A DNA stretch of 36,390 nucleotides from Chiloscyllium plagiosum. Lineage: Eukaryota. The stretch lies in the NCBI RefSeq assembly GCF_004010195.1, contig NC_057749.1:23303375-23339764 (forward strand), written 5' to 3'. The notes beneath the pieces are model-generated. The model worked only from the letters and a program-made list of their open reading frames with translations, was not told the DNA's origin and did no database searches. Numbering within the stretch: the stretch's first letter is position 1; every line of letters starts with the position of its first letter. The translations under genes and the position numbers were made by a program. Of the stretch, positions 10,515 through 20,203 are shown one piece after another.

Positions 10515-11849
10515 TGCCGGTGCATAAAATTACTGCATGCTATTATAGACTAAGCATTTGTTAGGCCTAACACAAAGAGGAATTGCTTTCACAATTTGAA
10601 ATCATCATGCAAGATGTCCATTAGAAGTATAGAATCTTTACAGTGTGGAAGCGGGCCATTCAGCCCACACCATCCTTCCAAACAGCATCCCACCCCATCC
10701 CTGTAACCTTGCATGTCCCATAGCTAACCCACCAAGCCTGTATATCCCTCAACACTACAGGCAATTTAGCATGGCCAACTTACCCAGCATGCACAAATTA
10801 GGATAGCAGGAGTAAATTGGAGCACCTGGAGGAAAACCACACAGACACAGGGAGAATGTACAAACTCAACACAAACAGCCACCCAAGGCTGGCATTGAAC
10901 CCAGGTGCTTGGCGCTGTGAGGCAGCAGTGCTAACCACTCCTGCCACTAACCAGCAGAAATGAAGCTTGTTGCAAAAATGTGACCGTGCTATCTAAACTG
11001 AGGAATAAAATTAAATCAATATTTCTTAACAGCACTAATTTCACAAGAGTTCAAATTTTCACAAGAATCAAGGAAATGTTAAAAAATGATTATGGGCTGT
11101 GAGGAGGTTGCAGCTTCTGAAATACGTGCAGTGTATATATTAAAGTGATTGAGGGGAAAGTCTATTGTGTTAACAAATCCCAGTCTTTATCAAGTTGTTA
11201 TATAGGATTCACAGAAGAATGTCACCCATTGGTCACTCTCATTGCACTCAGACTAATGTCTCCTGTTTTAGCATGGTGGTAGATGGCATGGGAGATTCAT
11301 TCTTGCCCCAGTAATCTACCTGAGAGGGTCATCCAGCTTCTGCAGAAAGCCAGACGCCCCACATACCACGCTGTGACTGAAATATTCTCCCAGAGACCGT
11401 ACACTAAATCATTCTTGCTGCAGGACCAGTGGTAATGACTCTCACCAGTCCCCTTCGTACTGGGACCACAGGGAGATTTGAGACACCGACAGAGGACATT
11501 TTAGGAGCCTGGTATTTCGCTGTGCCTTGTTACATCAATAACTGAAGGGCTGGCTCATTATACGCCTCACTAAATACGCCTCGGTAGGAACCCACCAGGG
11601 AGACAGATATGAGAGTCGGTATTTACGTGAATCCCACAGAGCTCTGCCTTGGGATTTATTACTTTGTATTGGATGGAATTGCCGATTACTTTCCTCGATA
11701 TTCATCCTTGATATTCATCCCTAAGGAATGAGTAATGTTGTATTACTTTACTTCAACAGAACCAATTCTTCATGGATGCAATTCCTCTTTGTGTTAGACC
11801 TAACAAATGCTTAGTCTATAATAGCATGCAGTAATTTTATGCACCGGCA
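10515..11849. repeat. 72-bp inverted repeat, arms 10515-10586 and 11778-11849
   Basis: TGCCGGTGCATAAAATTACTGCATGCTATTATAGACTAAGCATTTGTTAGG(C/T)CTAACACAAAGAGGAATTGC; 71/72 identical in reverse complement. Confidence 0.97.
10629..10940 (-). mobile_element. HE1 SINE
   Basis: ATAGAATCTTTACAGTGTGG tail through GCTGTGAGGCAGCAGTGCTAACCACT head. Confidence 0.9.
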
Positions 11850-12115
11850 ATAACTTCTTGTCAACAACTTTCCTAAAATTCCTCTAAGGACTAATTGAAC
11901 TTAATGCACAGCGCGAGGTTGCATACATGAAAATTTGCTGATACTTCCCTTGTTAATGATGGCCATTATAAAGGCTGTAATATGATCGTGCAGAGGGTCA
12001 ACTGAGGTGAAACAGAACAAAGAACATTTATGTACTGACCTGATGTGATGTATTTTCTATTTGTTAGCCCATGGAACGCATACCACAGATACTGGGTTTT
12101 TTTTGAGAGAGATGT

Positions 12116-12233
12116 GGGCGGCACGGTGGCACAGTGGTTAGCACTGCTGCCTCACAGCGCCAGAGACCCGGGGGCGGTGTGGACTTGTTGGGCCGAAGGG
12201 CCTGTTTCCACGCTGTAAGTAATCTAATCTAAT
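12116..12233 (+). mobile_element. HE1 SINE with large internal deletion (head fused to tail)
   Basis: GGGCGGCACGGTGGCACAGTGGTTAGCACTGCTGCCTCACAGCGCCAGAGACCCGGG joined to GGCGGTGTGGACTTGTTGGGCCGAAGGGCCTGTTTCC...(AATCT)n. Confidence 0.9.
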
Positions 12234-12334
12234 GTCTTAACGTTTATTAACAACACTAACTATATATGATATCTTAGACTTGCACATACACACTAGGTGC
12301 TATGCTTACTTTTGATATCTGTCCATTAGATATG

Positions 12335-12505
12335 TAGGAATATAGAAGAGAGGAGTAGATATAGGCCATTTGGCCCTTCAAGACTACTCCACTAGTCAAT
12401 ATGATCGTGGTTGATCATCAAACTCAGTCTCTTTTTCCACTTCGTCTCCAAACCCTTTGATTCCTTTAGGCCTAAGAATTATATCTAACACCTTCTTGAA
12501 AACAG
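12335..12505 (-). mobile_element. CR1-type 3' tail
   Basis: ATAGGCCATTTGGCCCTTCAAG...GATCGTGGTTGATC, same family as 1404-1985. Confidence 0.6.
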
Positions 12506-12807
12506 CCAGTGTTGTGGCCAATCAGCCCATGGTTTAAAAAGGCTATCCCAGTTAATCCCATTTCCCTGCTCTTTCCCCACAGCCCCGTGATTACTTATCC
12601 AATTCCTTTTCAAAGTATAATTCACTCGATTTTCACTACCCTGTCAGTCACTACTGATCACAGCAATTTGCTGAGTAAGTTCCTTTGCCTCATATAGTAT
12701 CTGTTTTTCTTATTGTCCATTTTAAAATCTATCTCCTTGATTACTGACTTTTGTGTCTCAATATACAACCCTCCTCACTGACTCTAGCTGCACTGTTGAT
12801 GATTCTG

Positions 12808-13124
12808 AACATAGAATCCCTACAGTGTGGAAACAGCCCCTTCAGCCCAACAAGTCCACACCAGCCCTCCGATCAGTAACCCACTCAAGCCCATTCCTCT
12901 ACCCTATTACTCTACATTTCCCCCTGACTAATACACCCTTGAGCACGATGGGCAATTTAGCACAGCCAATTCACCTGACCTGCACATCTTTGGATTGTTG
13001 GAGGAAACTGGAGGAAACCCGCACAGACATGGGGAGAATGTGCAAACTCCACACAGACAGTCACCTGAGGCGAGAATCGAGCCCTGTGTGAGGAAGCAGT
13101 GCTAACCACTGAGCCACCATGCCA
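12808..13124 (-). mobile_element. HE1 SINE
   Basis: Tail CATAGAATCCCTACAGTGTGG, core GGAGAATGTGCAAACTCCACACAGACAG, head GTGCTAACCACTGAGCCACCATGCC. Confidence 0.92.
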
Positions 13125-13545
13125 CCTGCATCAAATCTTCTCATAACCTTCCTTGCTCTCAGGAGAACAGTCAGCTTCTTAACTGAAGCCACAGGCTACA
13201 TTGAGTATTCGTGACATGGGAGCCTCTGAGATACTTTGTCCCTTCAATGGAGGGAGCTTCATCTATCACGCTGCTAGTTCTTGTCTTTCCCTGAGCTTTA
13301 GGGAATGTAATAACAAATCTGCTTCCTCATGAGTTGTTGGCTACTCAGTTGGTCATTCCACCGGTGGGAGCTGTACCTTCTGCTGCCAAGGCCCAGTAAG
13401 CTGCACACGGTCAGCAAGGAGAGATCCCATTTACAGTGAGACACAGCCCCAAGTGAGTATGTAGTTTGGGGAATTCAGAGGCAGTGTGGGAATTTGGTGC
13501 AGAGGGGAAGAGGTTCTTTATTGTTTGCTTTTCTCAGCTCATAGT

Positions 13546-13887
13546 TTAGAATTTAGAATCCCTACAGTGTGGAAATAGGCCATTTTGGCCCAACTAGTCC
13601 ACACCGACCCTCTGAAGAGTATCCCCTTCCCTATTACTCTACATTTACCTCTGACTAATGCACCTAATCTACACATTCCTGAACGCTGTGGGCAATTTAG
13701 CATGGCCAATTCACCCTGACCTGCACATCTTTGGATTGTGGGAGGAAACTGGAGCACCCAGTGGAAGCCCACGCAGACACGGGGAGAATGTGCAAACTCC
13801 ACACAGACAGTCACCCAAGGCTGGAATCAAACCCGGGTCCCTGGTGCTGTGAGGCAGCAGTGCTAATCACTGAGGCATCATGCTGCC
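13546..13887 (-). mobile_element. HE1 SINE, full length
   Basis: Same tail, core and head motifs; B-box reverse complement GGAATCAAACCC. Confidence 0.92.
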
Positions 13888-14099
13888 CTCCATTTGTAAG
13901 GTTCTTTTGAACAGAATAAACTGAAGCCCAGGATCAAGGCCCAGCACAAAAAATGATATCACAGGCAAACCGTAAGTCTATTGGTTGGTGACAGCTGCTA
14001 ATTTGGCCATCTATTACAGGTTGCTTTCAGATTGAATGCAAATAGAAATATTTACAGGATATAAACTAAACATTTAGTATGGAATTTTTATAAAGCAGT

Positions 14100-14988
14100 T
14101 AAGAACTAAGCAATTAAAATAAAGGTGCCACATCAAGCAATGTATTGTAGCAGCATGATATGGATGCTAGTGGATCCCATTAAAGTCCCCTCTGAACAAA
14201 GTTGCCATGTGAGTACGAAATGAAAGTAAATCAGTAGTAAGAAGCGATATTGAGTCAGAAGGCGTAGTTTCTGTGTGGACAGAGTTGAAGAAGCTAAAAG
14301 GAGAAAAGATCTGGATGGGAGTTGTGCACAGGCCACCAAGCAGCAGTCAAGATGTGGGGGAGAAGATAAATTGGGAGATAGAAAAGGCATGTAAGGAAAC
14401 CACTATTACAATAGCCATTGGGGACTCCAATAGGCAGGTGGACTGGGAAAGTCAGGTGGGTAGCAGACCACAAGAAAACAAATTTGTGGAGTATCTTCAA
14501 GATGGTTTTTGGAGCAGCTTATGGTAGAGCCCACTAGGGAACATGCAATTCTGGATTTGGTGACGTGTCTGTGAGGCAGATCTGATTAAGGAGCTTAAGG
14601 TGAGTGAACCCCTAGAGAGGGAGTGACCATAATATGATTGAATTCACCTTGCAGTTTGAGGGAGAAGCTTGAATTAGATGCAAAGGCCTTACAACTGAGT
14701 GAAGGTAACTACAGAGACAGGAGGGAGGAGCTGGCCAGAATTGACGGGAAGGTGAACCTAGCAGAGAAGATGGTGGAACAACAATGGCAGGAGTTTCTGG
14801 GGGTAATTCAGAAGGCCCAGCAGAAATTCATACCAAGGAAGAAGAAACAGACTGAGGGGAGGATGAAGCAACCAAGGCTGACAAAGGGAGTCAGGGACAG
14901 CATCAAAACAAAAGAAAAAGCACACAATGCAGTGAAGATTCATGGGAAACCAAAGAATTGGAAAGCCTTTAAAAACCAGCAGAGAACA
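14100..14988 (+). mobile_element. CR1 LINE 'A', ORF2 N-terminus (APE endonuclease), frameshifted
   Basis: WTELKK..KIWMGVVHRPP...IAIGDSN..VDW..., followed in DNA by PTREHAILDLV and SDHNMI motifs of the CR1 apurinic-type endonuclease. Confidence 0.88.
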
Positions 14989-16068
14989 AATTTGGATACT
15001 GAACTGGCTCAAAGGTGGAAGCCAGAGGGTGGTGGTGGAGGGTTGTTTTTCAGACTGGAGGCCTGTGACCAGTGGAGTGCCACAAGGATCGATGCTGGGC
15101 CCACTACTTTTCATCATTTTATATAAATGATTTGGATGTGAGCTTAAGAGGTATAGTTAGTAAGTTTGCAGATGACACGGAAATTGGAGGTGTAGTAGAC
15201 AGCAAAGAAGGATGCAACAGGATGTTGATCAGATGAGCCAATAGGCTGAGGAGTGGCAGATAGAGTTTCATTTAGATAAATGCAAGGTATTGCATTTTGG
15301 GAAAACAAATCTTAGCAGGACTTATACACTTAATGGTAAGGTCCTAGGGAGTGTTGCTGAACAGAGACCTTGGAGTCCAGGTTCATAGCTCCTTGAAAGT
15401 AGAGTCACAGGTAGATAGGATAGTGAAGAAGACATTTGATATGCTTTCCTTTATTGGTCAGAGTATTGAGTACTGGAGTTGGGAGGTCATGTTGCAGCTG
15501 TACAGGACATTGGTTAGGCCACTTTTGGAATATTGTGTGCAATTCTGGTCTCCTTCCTATCAGAAGGATGTTGTGAAACTTGAAAGGGTTCAGAAAAGAT
15601 TTACAAGGATATTGCCAGGTTTGGAGGATTTGAGGTATATGGAGAGGTTGAATAGGCTCGGGCTGTTTTCCCTGGAGCATTGAAGGCTGAGGGGCGACCT
15701 TATAGAGGTTTATAAAATCATGAGGGACATGGATAGGGTAAATAGACAAGGTAGTTTCCCTGGGGTTGGGGAGTCCAGAGGTAGAGGACATACGGTTAGG
15801 GAGAGAGGGGAAAGATTTAAAGAGACCTAAGGGGCAACTTTTTCACACAGAGGGTGGTACAAGTGTGGAATGGCCTGCCAGAGGAAGTGGTGGACGCTGA
15901 TACAATTGTAACATTTAAGAGGCAGCTGAATGGGTATATGAATAGGAAGGGTTTGGAGGGATATGGTCCAGGTGCTGGCTGGTGGGACTAGATTGGGTTG
16001 GGATATCTGGTCAACATGGATGAGTTGGACCAAAGGGTCTATTTCTGTGCTGTATATCTCTATGACTT
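14989..16068 (+). mobile_element. CR1/HER1 LINE 'B', 5'-truncated (RT core to tail)
   Basis: [61 protein letters not shown]; tail CTCTATGACT at ~16058-16067. Confidence 0.93.
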
Positions 16069-16250
16069 AGAAGTTTTGAGAAGATTTGTAGCTCAGGTTG
16101 AGGTTTTGGATGTAGGTTTGCTCACTGAGCTGAAAGGTTCATTTCCAGACATTTTGTTATCCTACTAGGTAACATCTTCAGTGGACCTCAGGCATAGCAA
16201 TGCTGAAATTTCCTGCTTTCTGTTTATATGTTTAGGTTTCTTTGGGTTGG
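16069..16250 (-). mobile_element. Penelope-like element terminal repeat (family 2) with degenerate hammerhead motif
   Basis: Reverse complement TCCA-CTGAAGA-T-GTTACCTAGTAGGATAAC-AAAA-TGTC-TGGA (16185 to 16144): stems I and II pair, core G12 mutated. Confidence 0.7.
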
Positions 16251-16470
16251 TCTTTTTATACATCACTGTATAAGAAGGGAGGGAGACAGAAGACAGAAAA
16301 TGATAGGCCAGCTAGCTTGACCTTAGCCATTGATAAGATTTTAGAGTCTATTGTTAAGGATGGGGTTGCAGAGTACTTGGTAAAATAAGGCTCAATTAGA
16401 ACAGTTTCATCAAGGAAAAGCCATGCCTGACAAATCTGTTAGAATTCTTTGAGGAGGTAATGAGCAAATT
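16251..16470 (+). mobile_element. CR1 LINE 'A' continuation (RT N-terminal part)
   Basis: Encodes LYKKGGRQKTEN.RP.SLT...KILESIVK...F.K.K.CLTNLLEFFEEV. Confidence 0.8.
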
Positions 16471-16471
16471 A

Positions 16472-17635
16472 CAGAATCATACAGTCAGACAGCACAGAAA
16501 TAGACCCTTCGGTCCAACCAGTCCATGCCAAACATAATCCCAAACTAAACTAGTTCCACCTGCCTACGTTTGGCCCATGTCTCTCCAAACATTTCTTATT
16601 CATGTACTCATCTGAATGTCTTTTAAATGTTGTAACTGTACCCACATCTATCACTCCCTCTGGAAGTTCATTCATCACACAAACTACTCTCTGTGTAAAA
16701 ATATTGCTCCTCCTGTCTTTTTTACAAATTTCTCCTCTCACCTTAAAAATATGCCACTAGTCTTGAAATATCCCACCCTCGGGAAAAGACACCTGCCGCT
16801 CACCTTATCTATATCCCACATGATTTTATAAACGTCTATAAGGTCACCCCTCAACATCCTCCACTCCAGGGAAACAAGTTCCAGCTTATCCAGTCTCTCC
16901 TATAACTCAAACCCTCCATTCCTGGTGACATCCTGGTAAAATCTCTTTTGAATCCTCTCCAGTTTAATAATATCCTTTCTACAACAGGGTGATCAGAACT
17001 GGACACTGTACTTTTACAAGATGATTAGGGGTTTAGATAGGGTTGACCATGAGAACCTTTTTCCACGTATGGAGTCAGCTATTACGAGGGGCATAGCTTT
17101 AAATTAAGGGGAGGTAGGTATAGGACAGATGTTAGGGGTAGGTTCTTTACTCAGCGAGTCGTGAGTTCATGGAATGCCCTGCCAGTAGCAGTGGATGGAC
17201 ACTCCCTCTTTATGGGCATTTAAGCGGGCATTGGATAGGCATATGGAGGATAGTGGGCTAGTGTAGGTTAGGTGGGCTTGGATCGGCTCAACATCGAGGG
17301 CCAAAGGGCCTGTACTGTGCTGTATTCTTCTATGTTCTATTTTCTATGTTCTAAGAGGCTTCACCAACATCCTGTACAACCTCAACATGCCATTCCAACT
17401 CCTCTCCTCAAAGGTCTGAGCAATGAAGGCAAGCATACTAAACGCCGCCTTAACCACCCTGTATATACGTAATGCAAACTTCAAAGAATTATACAGCTGA
17501 ACCTCTAGGTCCCACTGTTCTACAACACTGCCCTAGACCCTATTTTTAATTGTATAAGTCTTCTCTTTGTTTGTTTTACCAAAATGCAATATCTTGCATT
17601 TATCTAAATTAAATACCATTTGCCTCTTTTCAGCC
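16472..17635 (-). mobile_element. CR1/HER1 LINE 'C' 3' end, antisense, itself interrupted at 17012-17351
   Basis: Tail at 16472; sequence closely parallels 228-940; resumes after the insert at AAGAGGCTTCACCAACATCC. Confidence 0.88.
17012..17351 (+). mobile_element. CR1 LINE 'D' 3' end nested in 'C'
   Basis: YKMIRGLDRVDHENLFP...TRGHSFKLRGGRYRTDVRGRFFTQRVVSSWNALP; tail (TTCTATG)n. Confidence 0.88.
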
Positions 17636-18860
17636 AAGTTAGACAAAGTATGTTAAGTTAGACAATTCAGACAAAGGGGGGGGGCAGTGAACATGATCTA
17701 TTTGGATTTCCAGAAGGCCCTTGACAAGGTGCTGCACAGGAAGCTGCTAAATAAGATAAGAGACCATGGCGTTAGAGGCAAGGCATGGCATGGATAGAGG
17801 ATTGGCTGACTGGGCGAAGGCAGGGCGTCAGGATAAAAGGTCCTTTTCAGGATGGCAACTGGTGACTACAGGAGTTCTGCAGGGGTCTGTGTTGGGACCA
17901 CAACCATTCATATTATACATGAACAATCTGGGTGAAGCAACTAAGGGTATTGTTGCTAAGTTTGCAGGTGACACAAAGATAGGTGGAGGGACAGGTAGTG
18001 TTGAGGAAGGGTGGAGGTTGCAGAAGGACTTAGACAGGCTGGGGGAGTGGGCAAAGAAATGGCAGATGGAATACAATGTGGAAAGGTTTGAAGTTATCGA
18101 CTTTGGTAGGAAGAACAGGGGCATTCTTCAAAATGGAGAAAGGCTTCAGAAATCTGAAGCACAATGGGACTCAGGAGTCCTAGCTCAGGATTCTCTTCAG
18201 ATTAACATATAGATTCAGTAGACGGCTATGAAAGCAAATACAACATTAGCATTCATTTTGAGTGGGCTACAAGAGCGGAAATGTACTGTGGAGGCTGTAT
18301 ATGGCTGTGGTCAGACTGCATTTGGAATATTGTGTGCAGTTTTGGACCCCGTATCTAAGGAAGCATATGCTGGCTATGGAGGGGGTCAAGAAGATATTTA
18401 AGAGAAAAATCCCAGTGATGAAGAACTTGTCACATGAGGAGTGGATGAGGATCTGGGTCTGTACTCAAAAGAGTGTAGAAGGTTGAGGATGGATATAGAA
18501 CATAGAACATAAAACAGTTCAGCGCAGAACAGGCCCTTCGGCCCTCAATGTTGCACCGACCTGTGAACTATTCTCAGCTCGTCCCCATATACTATCCCAT
18601 CATTATCCATGTGCTTATCCAAGGATTGTTTAAATCTCCCTAACGTGGCTAATGATTGAAACTCACGGAATACCGAGACACCTGGATAGAGTCGAAGTGG
18701 ATATTTCCTCCAGTAGGGGAGACCAGAACCCAAGGGCACAGAGTAAAAGAAATACCCTTTAGAAGTGAGATAAGGAGAAATTTCAGCAGCCAGAACTTGG
18801 TTAATTTGTAGAACCCATTGTCATAGACAGCTGTGGAGGTCAAGTCATTGAGTGTATTTA
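17636..18860 (+). mobile_element. CR1 LINE 'A' continuation (RT core to near the 3' end), interrupted at 18496-18650
   Basis: IYLDFQKALDKVLH, VTTGVLQGSVLGP, KFAGDTKIGG, LYMAVVRLHLEYCVQFWTP. Confidence 0.88.
18496..18650 (-). mobile_element. CR1 3' tail 'E' nested in 'A'
   Basis: (TAGAACA)n tail then CAGCGCAGAACAGGCCCTTCGGCCCTCAATGTTG; same subfamily as 'D'. Confidence 0.82.
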
Positions 18861-19781
18861 CTTAGTTACTTTCCCTGTTACCATCATCTGGGCAGAAGCT
18901 AACCCATAGGCAAAGACAGATATACACTATTCATTTGTCACCTCAGCCCTGCCTTTTGGTTCTATGTGTAAATCCCTATTTTAGTTCCTAATCAGCCCTA
19001 CTCCTCCTTTCACCAGAACTCTATTACTGATATGCTCATTGTGGACTTTGGGATTCCCCTTTGTTATCACTGTCTGTGTTTTATCATGATCTCTCTTTGC
19101 TTCTCTTATGTCCTTTGTTGTCTCATCCCAAAACCTTCAGTTTTCCTTCTGGTTCTCAATTATATTTCCAACCTGACACCTGTCACATTTTTTCTTCTCT
19201 GTTTTAGTTTCTATCTCCACTGTCATCCAGCGAGCTCTGGATTTCTATATCCTACCCTTTTCCTCTTGAGTGAATGTACCTTGACTCTGCATGAAATATC
19301 TCCAATTTGAAGGGAGCCCATTGCTTAGCGACTGGTTTTCCCAGTAAACTTTGATTCCAGTCTTTCCAACTCAGTTCTAATCTTGTCGTCAGCTCTCCAC
19401 CATCTCATTTTTACTTTGGATTGACCATTGCTATTTTCCACCTTGTGTCTTTGGATGCAATAAGCACTGACCCTTCAAATATTCCCCCACTGTCATTTGA
19501 TCCAATTTTCCCACTTTATTTTGAAGAACCAGGAATAGCAGCACCTCCTTTCATATCCAACTGTTCCCTGATTATAACTGCTCTATAAAGTTTCAGGTTT
19601 CTGCACTTTGACTGGTTGCTGGTCTACACTGAGTCTTGTAATTACTCCCTTCCTATTCCTCCGCTCCAGCTAAATTGATTCTCTCCTTGAACACTTGGCA
19701 ATGCTCTCCAAACTGCACCCTCTCTCTGGTTTGTCCTTCCCTATCTTTTTTATCCTTGTAAGCTGGAATATTGGACACCCT

Positions 19782-19997
19782 GTTGAGAGTGTGCTGCTGG
19801 AAAAGCACAGCAGGTCAGGCAGCATCTGAGGAGCAGGAAAATCGATGTTTCGGGCTGGAGCTCCATTCATTCCTGATGAAGGGCTCCAGCTCAAAACGTC
19901 GATTTTCCTGCTCCTCGAATGCTGCCTGACCTGCTGTGCTTTTCCTGCAAAACACTCTCAACTCTGATCTCCAGCATCTGCAGACCTCACTGTCTCC
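19782..19997 (+). mobile_element. Palindromic Penelope-type mini-element (copy A) with hammerhead motif and 12-bp TSD
   Basis: Inverted arms span 19782-19962; CTGATGA at 19873-19879, AGGGCTCCAGCTC, AAAACGTC; TSD ATATTGGACACC at 19768-19779 and 19999-20010. Confidence 0.85.
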
Positions 19998-20071
19998 TAT
20001 ATTGGACACCTATCCCGCCCTTCCTCACCATTCATTATCAGAACATTCTAATCCCACTTGGCAATCTGTAC

Positions 20072-20203
20072 CATTCCTGATGAAGGGCTTTTGCCTGAAA
20101 CGTCTATTTTCCTGCTCCTCAGATGCTGCCTGACCTGCTGTGCTTTTCCAACACCACACTAATCTTGGTTCTAATCTCCAGCATCTGCAGTACCCACTTC
20201 CAT
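20072..20203 (+). mobile_element. Penelope-type terminal repeat (copy B) with hammerhead core
   Basis: CTGATGA (20077-20083)-AGGGCTTTTGCCT-GAAACGTC, then the family body TTTTCCTGCTCCTCAGATGCTGCCTGACCTGCTGTGCTTTTCC. Confidence 0.85.

Noticed and set aside
11296..11325. Immunoglobulin J-like segment (minus strand VDYWGKN)
   Set aside because: No WGxG motif, no properly placed RSS and no J splice donor.
11497..11524. Recombination signal sequence (minus strand CACAGCG + 12 bp + CCTAAAATG)
   Set aside because: The nonamer is a poor match and no V/D/J coding segment is adjacent; other CACAGTG hits lie mostly in SINEs.
14100..18860. Intact autonomous CR1 or domesticated RT gene
   Set aside because: Multiple stops, frameshifts, nested insertions and a mutated catalytic motif (FAGDT).
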